Of a DNA stretch of 64,000 bases, positions 20,625-28,200 are shown in pieces (the first letter of the stretch is position 1; each line of letters starts with the position of its first letter). Both the position numbers and the translations under genes were made by a program. The notes under the pieces are model-generated. The model saw nothing but the letters and a program-made list of their open reading frames with translations. It was not told where the DNA came from and ran no database searches. Location: IMG/VR virus record IMGVR_UViG_3300028591_000175, positions 1 to 64,000 of that record; one strand, written 5' to 3'. This DNA comes from a virus. Taxonomy: Duplodnaviria; Caudoviricetes.

Positions 20625-21365
20625 TTAACCTATAACTGAACGTCTTTTAGGTTTTTCTTCAGCTTCTGCTGGTTTAGCTGTATCAGCCACTGTGTCTTTT
20701 TCACCACGTACGATTTTTTCTGCGTCATATAATTTTTTGAAGTTTTCGTCAAAATCTTTTTTAGTAAGTGGGATTGCTGTTTTCTTTATTGGTAATCTCG
20801 AACCACCAAACTCGTCATCAGAATTTGAAATGTGTAATTCGTATTTTGCTGTACCATCTTCACTTATTGATTTAACTGTTCTAGCAATTATACCCATAAG
20901 TCCTGACATTTGGTCTCTAAGTTTTTCTTCAAATACTGGTTGGAATTTAGAGATTTCTCTACCGAATTTATTTTTCTCTATAATTTCTTGCTCGTGTGAG
21001 ATAAACATTACATTATCAAAAGCATTTGCAATAGAGAATATACTTTCCCATAAGAAACTTCTAAGCATTGTATAACCTTTATAAGCAATTTCTGATTCGT
21101 GTTCAACACCATTCTTATCACACCAATAAAATCTTAAATAGTCAATTAAGTATGAAGTTGTATCTACTATTACCCATTCAGGTTTTATTGTTTTTAATTT
21201 TGCAATAGCGTCATTTAACTCTTTATAGTTTCTAACTCTTAATATTTTATCAGGAGCAAATGTGTATTCTGCGTTACCGTCAGTTGAGATAATATACGCA
21301 TTTTCAAATTGACTTGCGAATGTTGTCTTACCAGACATTACCTTACCATAAATCCATAATTTCAT
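20625..21365 (-). CDS. Sak4-like / AAA_24 ATPase (recombination)
   Basis: IYGKVMSGKTTFA Walker A, VIVDT Walker B, FISHE. Confidence 0.8.
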   Translation of the reverse strand: MKLWIYGKVMSGKTTFASQFENAYIISTDGNAEYTFAPDKILRVRNYKELNDAIAKLKTIKPEWVIVDTTSYLIDYLRFYWCDKNGVEHESEIAYKGYTMLRSFLWESIFSIANAFDNVMFISHEQEIIEKNKFGREISKFQPVFEEKLRDQMSGLMGIIARTVKSISEDGTAKYELHISNSDDEFGGSRLPIKKTAIPLTKKDFDENFKKLYDAEKIVRGEKDTVADTAKPAEAEEKPKRRSVIG

Positions 21366-21508
21366 ATCCTGTATCCTCCTTTCTATTAAATTAAAAATAG
21401 ACCTCTTTGAAGGTCTACAGGATTATTTATATCAGTAAAAAATTACTAACTATTCTGTTATTGCGTTTAATCCTGTAAACGACTTACTTGTTCTCTATTT
21501 ATGTTTGT

Positions 21509-21537
21509 ATTATATATTATAAAAAATAAAAAGTCAA
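21509..21537 (-). promoter_or_regulatory. Sigma-A-type promoter for Sak4-SSB
   Basis: TTGACT-N17-TATAAT on minus strand; -35 lies in the 12-bp inverted repeat AAAAAGTCAATA/TATTGACTTTTT. Confidence 0.7.
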
Positions 21538-21560
21538 TACCTTTATTGACTTTTTCTAAA

Positions 21561-21908
21561 TTATTTTATTTCACTTAATCTACGTCTAACCTCATTAAAT
21601 AAAAATGCTAGAAAGTTGCTACTTACACCTAGTTTTTCTCTATAATATCCTGGGTCAGTATCTGGAATATTTATATTAAATCCATAAGCACCAAACCCTA
21701 CGACACCAACTAATAAATCTCGGCTAGTAATACCTCTTTGATGAGTACCAAAATCATTAGGATTGTATGCAAATAATACGTCATATTGTGAATATTCTTC
21801 TTCTATTTGAATATTCATAAATAGACTACCTCCATTAAGTAATGCCGCGACAATAATACTAGCGTAGCCGTCAATTTTATTTTTTATTTCTTCGTCTATT
21901 TCCACCAT
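21561..21908 (-). CDS. Hypothetical protein
   Basis: 115-aa ORF with GGAGG RBS. Confidence 0.7.
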   Translation of the reverse strand: MVEIDEEIKNKIDGYASIIVAALLNGGSLFMNIQIEEEYSQYDVLFAYNPNDFGTHQRGITSRDLLVGVVGFGAYGFNINIPDTDPGYYREKLGVSSNFLAFLFNEVRRRLSEIK

Positions 21909-22197
21909 TGTTATCCTCCTTTTTTAATTTGGTTACTCTACCACCAACGATATAATTTCCTGTTTCGGTACGGGGTACATAAATACTCCCTGACTTTTTT
22001 AGGTCACGTTTCTTTCTTAAAAATCCTTGCAATTTCATATACATTTTATAGGCTTGCGCTGGTGTTGCGTCAAAAAATTCAATTTTATGAAGCATATCAA
22101 CAATTCGTCTATCATATTGTGAAATTAGTTCGTTGTTATTCTTTAGTTTTTCTTTTTCTGAATATACAACACCAGGAGTTTTATTTATCCTGTTCAC
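21877..22197 (-). CDS. Hypothetical protein
   Basis: 106-aa ORF, GTG start with GGAGG RBS. Confidence 0.65.
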   Translation of the reverse strand: MNRINKTPGVVYSEKEKLKNNNELISQYDRRIVDMLHKIEFFDATPAQAYKMYMKLQGFLRKKRDLKKSGSIYVPRTETGNYIVGGRVTKLKKEDNNGGNRRRNKK

Positions 22198-22408
22198 TTG
22201 TATTATCCTCCTCTAATTTTAATGGCTCGTCTGGATACAAATTATTATATCTATTAACTTGCTCCTTAATTGCTTCGCCCATTTGTTCCCAAAATTTTTT
22301 ATCTTCTCTGTTTCTTCTGATTTGACATATTAACATATGTACTAATACTACAATTTGTAATACTAATAAAGCAATTAACAAAAATTTTATAGTTAAATCA
22401 ACCATCAT
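22181..22408 (-). CDS. Small single-pass membrane protein
   Basis: N-terminal hydrophobic helix; RBS GAGG. Confidence 0.65.
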   Translation of the reverse strand: MMVDLTIKFLLIALLVLQIVVLVHMLICQIRRNREDKKFWEQMGEAIKEQVNRYNNLYPDEPLKLEEDNTSEQDK

Positions 22409-22427
22409 TTTACCTCTTTTCTATATA

Positions 22428-22782
22428 AGGAGTATGGCGGTTTTATCGTTTATTCCGCCTGCAACCCCGCCACCTGAAGCGACGTAGAGGTCACGCTGTG
22501 CGCCTCCGTATGGGACCGTTATCACGACGCCAGCCAACAAAGATAGTGCCTGTGTGGAAGAACACTTATCTGCCCATCTTCAATATGGAGCTACCATATT
22601 CCTCGTGCGTCACAGGGGCTATTCCCTAGAACAGAAATGTGACGTCTCGCTACTAGCCACGCTAAACTCCCTTTTGTTAACGTCACTAGGGACCAGCTGA
22701 CGTGCATAGATAAATATGCAATCTAAGCAATACACTTGCCCCTCTACTTTTACTTAGGCGGAATAGTGCGAATCTTCTCCAA
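22428..22782 (-). ncRNA. Large (about 350 nt) pseudoknot-rich non-coding RNA
   Basis: GC-rich, ORF-free; 10-bp closing helix 22451-22460/22756-22765, many internal hairpins, long-range 7-bp pairing 22484-22490/22741-22747; co-oriented with tRNAs. Confidence 0.7.
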
Positions 22783-22804
22783 GGGTTTATGGTTTTCCTT
22801 CCAA

Positions 22805-22891
22805 TGGCGCCGTGGTGAGGTGTCGAACCCCCACGCTTTCACGTGTACGTGCTTTCAAGGCACGGTGTGACTAGCCGGTCACAACCACGGC
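22805..22891 (-). tRNA. tRNA-Ser(TGA) with non-canonical 8/4 fold
   Basis: GCCGTGGT/ACCACGGC acceptor, CGTGC-CTTGAAA-GCACG anticodon arm, long variable arm, GGGG-TTCGACA-CCTC T arm, ends GCCA. Confidence 0.8.
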
Positions 22892-22900
22892 ATAAATGAG

Positions 22901-22994
22901 GCGAGTTGAGGGTCTATACCCCGAGATTACCTACCCTCTTTCATTCATAATATTATATCCTAGAATTCAATTATGAATATATCGGGATACTCGC
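22901..22994 (-). ncRNA. Structured element starting immediately after the tRNA-Lys CCA
   Basis: GCGAGT/ACTCGC, TATCCCGA/TCGGGGTA, ATTCATAAT/ATTATGAAT and crossing GAGGGT/ACCCTC helices. Confidence 0.5.
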
Positions 22995-23070
22995 TGGTGG
23001 GTCGTGTTGGACTCGAACCAACTACCCTTACATTAAAAGTGTAATGCTCTACCTGATGAGCTAACGACCC
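22995..23070 (-). tRNA. tRNA-Lys(TTT)
   Basis: Cloverleaf, TTACA-CTTTTAA-TGTAA, GTTCGAGTC T arm, ACCA end. Confidence 0.92.
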
Positions 23071-23145
23071 ATATACAATAGAGAACAGTCAAACTCTATC
23101 ACCCATACCAGTATCTATGTGGATACATAAATCGACTGTTTTTAA

Positions 23146-23232
23146 TGGTGGGCGGAGAGGGTATCGAACCCACTCGGGCCGTTAGACACGAGATTTACAG
23201 TCTCGCCCCGCTCCTTACGGGTCTACCCGCCC
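23146..23232 (-). tRNA. tRNA-Tyr(GTA)
   Basis: CGAGA-CTGTAAA-TCTCG, variable arm, GTTCGATAC, ACCA end. Confidence 0.9.
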
Positions 23233-23237
23233 ATATA

Positions 23238-23456
23238 TTAACAAAGACCAAACTCTTTGCGTTTTTTATTTATAACTTCAACTACGTCTCTAACAGTTTC
23301 TTCTTCATATTGTTCTCTCCAGATTTTTTCACGTTTCCAGAAATGCTCTGCGTTTATAGTTTCACAAACACCGATACAATATATAGCTGTTTTCATACTC
23401 CAGCAACCGTCACAAGCTCGTTGATTACACCAATCTACAAATTCTTTATATTTCAT
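23238..23456 (-). CDS. Hypothetical protein
   Basis: 72-aa ORF coupled to upstream stop. Confidence 0.7.
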   Translation of the reverse strand: MKYKEFVDWCNQRACDGCWSMKTAIYCIGVCETINAEHFWKREKIWREQYEEETVRDVVEVINKKRKEFGLC

Positions 23457-23752
23457 TTTTTTATTTCCTCTAACTTTTTTATTAACTCGTCTATATCGTC
23501 GTCAGTGATACAAATTTCACATAGTCTATATTCTTTACCTCTAATTGCAAACCATATCATTTTAAGTCTCTTTTTGAATTTATCCCACATTTTGTCTTGC
23601 TCACTATAAAATTTTGAAGTTGTAATTGTAATATAATAGTCATTAGGTAGTCCTACCTCTTTATATTTTGTTACATAAATACCTTCATTACAACCACAGT
23701 CGCAATTAACTATGACTAATTTTTCTTTCTTTGTTTCTCCTGATACTACCAT
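23453..23752 (-). CDS. Hypothetical protein
   Basis: 99-aa ORF with GGAGG RBS, CDCGC motif. Confidence 0.7.
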   Translation of the reverse strand: MVVSGETKKEKLVIVNCDCGCNEGIYVTKYKEVGLPNDYYITITTSKFYSEQDKMWDKFKKRLKMIWFAIRGKEYRLCEICITDDDIDELIKKLEEIKK

Positions 23753-23772
23753 AATAACCTCCTAAAAATTAT

Positions 23773-23862
23773 TGGCGGTGACGGTAGGATTTGAACCTAC
23801 GGTACGTTTCCGTACGCCGCGTTAGCAGTGCGGTGCATTAAACCAAGCTCTGCCACGTCACC
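23773..23862 (-). tRNA. tRNA-Ser(GCT)
   Basis: CCGCA-CTGCTAA-CGCGG, long variable arm, GGTTCAAATCC, GCCA end. Confidence 0.9.
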
Positions 23863-23867
23863 ATATT

Positions 23868-23942
23868 TGGTAGCGCTATCCAGAGTCGAACTGGACACCC
23901 CAGGATGAAAACCTGGTGACTTAACCGACTGTCCCTAGCGCC
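23868..23942 (-). tRNA. tRNA-Glu(TTC)
   Basis: CCAGG-TTTTCAT-CCTGG, GTTCGACTC, ACCA end. Confidence 0.9.
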
Positions 23943-23964
23943 ATATGAAGGGGCTAACCGACCC

Positions 23965-24298
23965 CTATTTTCTTTTATGGAATTTAGCCCAATCATTTAT
24001 TGCGTCTTCTAAACTCCAATCGTGTAACGTTCTCCAACCGTCTTACTCCATTTGCTAAATCTTTTTGGTCTTGTTCCCAACGGTCAATCGCGTCTTGTTT
24101 TGTTTCTAAAAATTTGAATTCCCATAAATCCCAACTGTCTAATCCTAAAGATTTATAGTGTCTACCGTTACCAACTTCAATATTAGGGTTTTTTAGTTTC
24201 CTTCTGATTTTACGGTTAGCATATTGCTTTCCTTTCTTCATTGACCTACCCCATAAAGCCATTCTTGAAATTGGGAAGTGTTTATAACTTCTACTCAT
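23965..24298 (-). CDS. MSRSYK-type hypothetical protein with +1 frameshift at CGG (24040-24038)
   Basis: Zero frame stops at 23993; +1 frame after AGA-C gives GWRTLHDWSLEDAINDWAKFHKRK*, ending at a hairpin. Confidence 0.6.
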
Positions 24299-24362
24299 TT
24301 TATCGCCTCCTTAGGCACGAAGCCCTAGAAGACGCTACCTATTTTATTCATAATAACTCCTC

Positions 24363-24653
24363 CTAACCTATAGCATATCCAACACTACTAACAGCTTTTA
24401 CGAAATCCGGTTGTTCACATTTCATATATCCACTTGTTGGTTTGTGATATTTATACCAAGTTGGGTGAAAGTCATATTGATATAATCCTTCTGGTATATT
24501 TTCAATAACTGCATAATCATAACAAGTTTCCCATATATCACAAGCGTTATACAATACTGCGTTTTCAGCTTTTTCAAATGTATCAAAATAACCTACACAT
24601 CTTGTATCGTGAATTTCACCTTTTTTAGTTTCGATTGTTGTTACGAAATACAT
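24363..24653 (-). CDS. Hypothetical protein
   Basis: ATG at 24653 with AGGAG RBS (MYFVTTIE); the longer track start lies in non-coding structure. Confidence 0.7.
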   Translation of the reverse strand: MYFVTTIETKKGEIHDTRCVGYFDTFEKAENAVLYNACDIWETCYDYAVIENIPEGLYQYDFHPTWYKYHKPTSGYMKCEQPDFVKAVSSVGYAIG

Positions 24654-24676
24654 AGTTATTCTCCTTTTTAATATAA

Positions 24677-24873
24677 TGGCTGGGGTGAAACAACTAACCC
24701 TCCCCAGCAGTGATTGTCGGTATTTACCCACTGCTCGTGTATGCTCTAGGTAAAGTTTGTTACCACATATCAGGGCTTTCAATAATCTCGTGCATACAGA
24801 TTACGGCTTATCGTTACTCTAGTTGATTTGTTGTGACTGACCCTCACAACTAGGTGACAGCGCCACGGCTATC
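24677..24873 (-). ncRNA. About 195-nt structured RNA downstream of tRNA-Thr
   Basis: GTTGTGA/TCACAAC, TAATCT/AGATTA with loop GTATGC pairing to GCATAC, GGTAA/TTACC, AGCAGTG/CACTGCT, GCTGGGG/CCCCAGC. Confidence 0.55.
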
Positions 24874-24949
<76 letters not shown>

Positions 24950-24957
24950 ATATACAA

Positions 24958-25054
24958 TGTTATATTCAATCTTTCCTATAGCGGATTTTCACCACTCCCC
25001 CACGTCAATTAAGATAGTAGTCGCAGAATCGAACTGCTCGAGTTGAATATAACA
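24958..25054 (-). ncRNA. Permuted tRNA-like (Y-RNA/YrlA-like) element
   Basis: 12-bp terminal stem TGTTATATTCAA/TTGAATATAACA enclosing T arm GCAG-TTCGATT-CTGC placed 5' of a D-loop-like GAGTGGT. Confidence 0.5.
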
Positions 25055-25103
25055 AAGTTTGGTGATTAACACCAAATAAAAATGTTCATACGCCCTTTCG
25101 GGC

Positions 25104-25177
25104 TGGCTCGGGAGCCTAGACTCGAACTAGGAATATATCGGTCAAAGCGCTATGTGATACCATTTCACCACTCCCGA
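25104..25177 (-). tRNA. tRNA-Gln(TTG)
   Basis: T1-A72 acceptor, CTTTGAC loop (one stem mismatch), GTTCGAGTC, GCCA end. Confidence 0.85.
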
Positions 25178-25180
25178 ATG

Positions 25181-25645
25181 TTATTTGTATGTTACATTAT
25201 TTAATACATAAGACATTGTTGAATTTGAAACATTAAAACGTTTCGCAAGTGAAGTCAAACCATATTCTTTATCCCTAGGTTTATACATATCTCTACACCA
25301 TTGTACCTGCTCTTTTGTGAGTTTAGCGTTATAAGATTGTTCACCACGACCTTGATGTGACCAACGCTCTGCTACCCATTCAAGATTACTTGCTTCATTA
25401 TTCAAAGTATTACCGTCAATATGTCTAACCCAAGTGTAACCCATAGGATTTGGTACAAAAGCCATAGCAACTAAACGAGCTACTATATAATATTTTGCTT
25501 TTCCTCTAGCTCCTAAAGATAAATTCACCATTAGACAATTACTTTTATCAAGTTTTTGTTTTAATATTTTTCCAGTTTGTTTATTTCTAACGTCTCCATA
25601 TTTTGAAACTTCATAATTTGAACAAACGCTACATTCTTTCCACAT
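25181..25645 (-). CDS. NUMOD4-HNH homing endonuclease inserted among tRNAs
   Basis: WK...YEVSKYGDVRN, ARLVAMAFVPN, HIDGNTLNNEASNLEW, C-terminal HTH. Confidence 0.85.
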   Translation of the reverse strand: MWKECSVCSNYEVSKYGDVRNKQTGKILKQKLDKSNCLMVNLSLGARGKAKYYIVARLVAMAFVPNPMGYTWVRHIDGNTLNNEASNLEWVAERWSHQGRGEQSYNAKLTKEQVQWCRDMYKPRDKEYGLTSLAKRFNVSNSTMSYVLNNVTYK

Positions 25646-25670
25646 TCTAACTACCTACCTACTAATTTTT

Positions 25671-25746
25671 TGGTTGCGGGAACAGGACTCGAACCTGTGA
25701 CCTCAAGGTTATGGGCCTTGCGAGCTGCCAACTGCTCTATCCCGCG
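25671..25746 (-). tRNA. tRNA-Met(CAT), initiator-like
   Basis: CGCGGG start with C1:A72 mismatch, CAAGG-CCCATAA-CCTTG, ACCA end. Confidence 0.88.
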
Positions 25747-25766
25747 ATATATTATGAGTGGGGCAA

Positions 25767-25849
25767 AGCCGAGGGAGGACTTGAACCTCATCTACCCGCG
25801 CGGACTTTCACCCGTGACGTTACCCACTATACGTCTTTTAACCTCAGCT
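25767..25849 (-). ncRNA. tRNA-like RNA without canonical anticodon loop or encoded CCA
   Basis: AGCTGAGG/CCTCGGCT 8-bp acceptor-like stem, GACGT/ACGTC D-like arm, GAGG-TTCAAGT-CCTC T arm. Confidence 0.55.
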
Positions 25850-25852
25850 ATG

Positions 25853-26020
25853 TTAATTGAATATTGATTTTATTTTATATAATTTTTCTGGGTGTGCTTC
25901 ATAATGATTTTTTTCGCAATATTTTTTATAACATTTTTCGTCGCAAAAATGTTGATTATACTCATTTACACTTCCCCATAAAATTATTTTTTTACAATTT
26001 TCACAAGTATAGGCTAACAT
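25853..26020 (-). CDS. 55-aa putative zinc-binding protein (below the ORF-track cutoff)
   Basis: MLAYTCENCKK...HFCDEKCYKKYCEK; AGGAG RBS. Confidence 0.65.
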   Translation of the reverse strand: MLAYTCENCKKIILWGSVNEYNQHFCDEKCYKKYCEKNHYEAHPEKLYKIKSIFN

Positions 26021-26029
26021 ATTTTTCTC

Positions 26030-26644
26030 CTATCTATACCAAGATTTTTTCTTTTTTATAATACTTCCTAAGTCCTCTGTATTTGGTAGTGTAACATCTT
26101 CGGGCGTTATATCGTTTACACTATTGCCAGGTTTTAATTCAATATAATGAATTACATTTTTGTCGGATAACTTTATTACTACACTACCAAAGGCAGGACT
26201 TTTCCCTGTTTTACCTAACCCACTTTCAAAATTTATTCTACCCTTAGGCACATATAACTCACATTTACAATGTAAGTCGTGAAATCTAGCGGTAGTTAAA
26301 AATTCAATAGGGAATAAAACATATATAGTATTGTGAGCTTTATTATAAGTCTCAACTGCCTTTGCTAAAAATTTGTGTTTATCTGTAAATGGAGGGTTAA
26401 TCCAGATACGATTATATTTTGTCCAGTCTTGTGCAAGACCGTCTGTCTCTATTGTATCATAATGAGGTACTCCGAATTCAAGTGCTTTTCCTTCGCACGT
26501 TGCTGGGTCATAGTCAAATCCGTCAGGATAGAAAAAGTCTACTACATATTTTGGTGTATAATATTCATTATCTTTGCTAAATACTACGCTCGCTTTTGCC
26601 ACGTCTTTTTCCCCCTTCTTCACATATAACATTTGCCCAGCCAT
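26030..26644 (-). CDS. DNA N6-adenine methyltransferase (phage Dam-like)
   Basis: EYYTP, FDYDPA, DGL.QDW, IWINPPF, GRINF motifs. Confidence 0.85.
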   Translation of the reverse strand: MAGQMLYVKKGEKDVAKASVVFSKDNEYYTPKYVVDFFYPDGFDYDPATCEGKALEFGVPHYDTIETDGLAQDWTKYNRIWINPPFTDKHKFLAKAVETYNKAHNTIYVLFPIEFLTTARFHDLHCKCELYVPKGRINFESGLGKTGKSPAFGSVVIKLSDKNVIHYIELKPGNSVNDITPEDVTLPNTEDLGSIIKKKKSWYR

Positions 26645-26647
26645 TGA

Positions 26648-27295
26648 CTACCTCTCCTTTGAATATTTTAGACTATCTAATAAGCCTTTAATACAATCTA
26701 AATCCTCAAAATGTTCTTCTTTTAAGAATAACATAATCAATCCTTTTTCATTTGCTTTTTTTAATCTTCTACGTATCATTTCTTTGTATCGTGCGTTACT
26801 AATTGATACAGATTTAATATCAATAGTTATTAGTATTCCGTCGTATTTATCTAATAATTTTGCTTGTACGGGTATACCTTCTAACGCACTTCTGTCATTT
26901 GGTGCGTATGAAATATCGTTTTCTTGTAACCAAGTAAATAATTGCTCTGTGTATTTTCTAATATCTTTCTGTTCATAAGACGCTACATATTGTCCAAGTT
27001 CTGGATATTTTTGAAAATACCCTGGTGACAATCTTGTCTTACCTGCTACTTCTGCTAATTCTTTTCTTGTTACTAATCGACCTTGAGCTTTAGCCCATTC
27101 AATTAGTTTTTCTCCGTCGTTTAATACAGTATGAGACCCTTTAACCATAGCGTCGTGTCTCAGTTCTATATCATTTCTTTCTAAGATACGTCTGACGGTT
27201 GTTGGATATGTACCGAAGGCACGTGCTATCGCGTTCAAGGATTGACCATTTTCATATGCTTCGATTATTCCTTGTGGTTCTATTTTTGCCTTCAT
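26648..27295 (-). CDS. HTH DNA-binding protein with degenerate nuclease-like C-terminus
   Basis: YENGQSLNAIARAFGTYPTTVRRIL HTH; second HTH-like RKELAEVAG. Confidence 0.6.
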   Translation of the reverse strand: MKAKIEPQGIIEAYENGQSLNAIARAFGTYPTTVRRILERNDIELRHDAMVKGSHTVLNDGEKLIEWAKAQGRLVTRKELAEVAGKTRLSPGYFQKYPELGQYVASYEQKDIRKYTEQLFTWLQENDISYAPNDRSALEGIPVQAKLLDKYDGILITIDIKSVSISNARYKEMIRRRLKKANEKGLIMLFLKEEHFEDLDCIKGLLDSLKYSKER

Positions 27296-27296
27296 T

Positions 27297-27704
27297 TTAT
27301 ACCTCCTTTACCGCGTCTTCATATATCTTTCTGTTATCGTCGTTTAAGTCACATAGTCTTATGTTATCTAGTGCTACCGCTCTATCTCCTAATATCTCAT
27401 CAACTTTTTCTTTCGGTATATTTTTCTCTGCCATAATTACGTCTAATAATGTATTTTTTCTACCAAAGAATTCTGAGTCTAATAAGTCATATGCTACGTC
27501 AATAAACTCTTTGTGAAGTTTCTTACCAAAGAACCTAAACATATCTGCAATATAAGGTGAGCGTCCTTTACCTAAGTATGTACTCTCGCCATATAACACA
27601 CGTCTATATGAAGTTATTTGCATTTCTGGATAGCCATATTCAGTTTTGAATTCCCTATATAGGTGAGCTTTATTTAGCGCCCTATATTCGGACAAGTCTT
27701 TCAT
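27297..27704 (-). CDS. Hypothetical protein
   Basis: 135-aa ORF in operon. Confidence 0.65.
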   Translation of the reverse strand: MKDLSEYRALNKAHLYREFKTEYGYPEMQITSYRRVLYGESTYLGKGRSPYIADMFRFFGKKLHKEFIDVAYDLLDSEFFGRKNTLLDVIMAEKNIPKEKVDEILGDRAVALDNIRLCDLNDDNRKIYEDAVKEV

Positions 27705-27768
27705 AATTACTTCTTCCTTTCTTTTGATAAAGTCTATAATATAATTATATAATATTTTACGGAATTAG

Positions 27769-28200
27769 TCAAGAGGTTTCTTGTTGTTTTTTATCTACCA
27801 TATTAACGTCTCCACCGTCTAACATATATAATAAAATAGATAACCAATAAGTAGGTTTGTCTGGGAACCATAGTCCATATTTGGCTTTTACTTTCACACA
27901 TAATGCTAAGTGTCCTACGTCGTCTACGTCTCTTGTTGAAGTGTCGTTATCAATCCATAATTCTAAACGATTATCTTTACCAGCACGAAATCGAGGCAAC
28001 ATTCCCCACTTACTTTCACACAATACTATATCTATATCATCAAAACCATAATATTGCAACTTTGAAGTAATCCATTTTGGGTTACGGTCAATTTCTTTCA
28101 TACCGTGATAAACCATTTTAGGAAATATAACTTTATTAAATAACTCCCACGCAAGATATAAACCGCTTATTACACCTAACACTGTAACAAAATCGGTCAT
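27769..28200 (-). CDS. Membrane-anchored hypothetical protein
   Basis: N-terminal transmembrane helix. Confidence 0.65.
   Translation of the reverse strand: MTDFVTVLGVISGLYLAWELFNKVIFPKMVYHGMKEIDRNPKWITSKLQYYGFDDIDIVLCESKWGMLPRFRAGKDNRLELWIDNDTSTRDVDDVGHLALCVKVKAKYGLWFPDKPTYWLSILLYMLDGGDVNMVDKKQQETS

Noticed and set aside
22428-22782. RNase P RNA, tmRNA or group I intron
   Set aside because: No GAGGAAAGUCC RNase P motif, no tRNA-Ala-like ends or tag ORF, and no interrupted host gene recognised; needs Infernal for a definitive answer
22901-22994. HDV-like theta ribozyme
   Set aside because: Position fits, but I could not build the P1/P2/P3/P1.1 topology or the J4/2 catalytic C
23145-23609. 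Plus-strand ORFs over tRNA genes (also 25670..25867)
   Set aside because: They are antisense readings of tRNA-Tyr and tRNA-Met
25853-26020. Pseudogene upstream of the tRNA cluster
   Set aside because: Careful reading of the A-runs gives an intact 55-aa Cys-rich ORF
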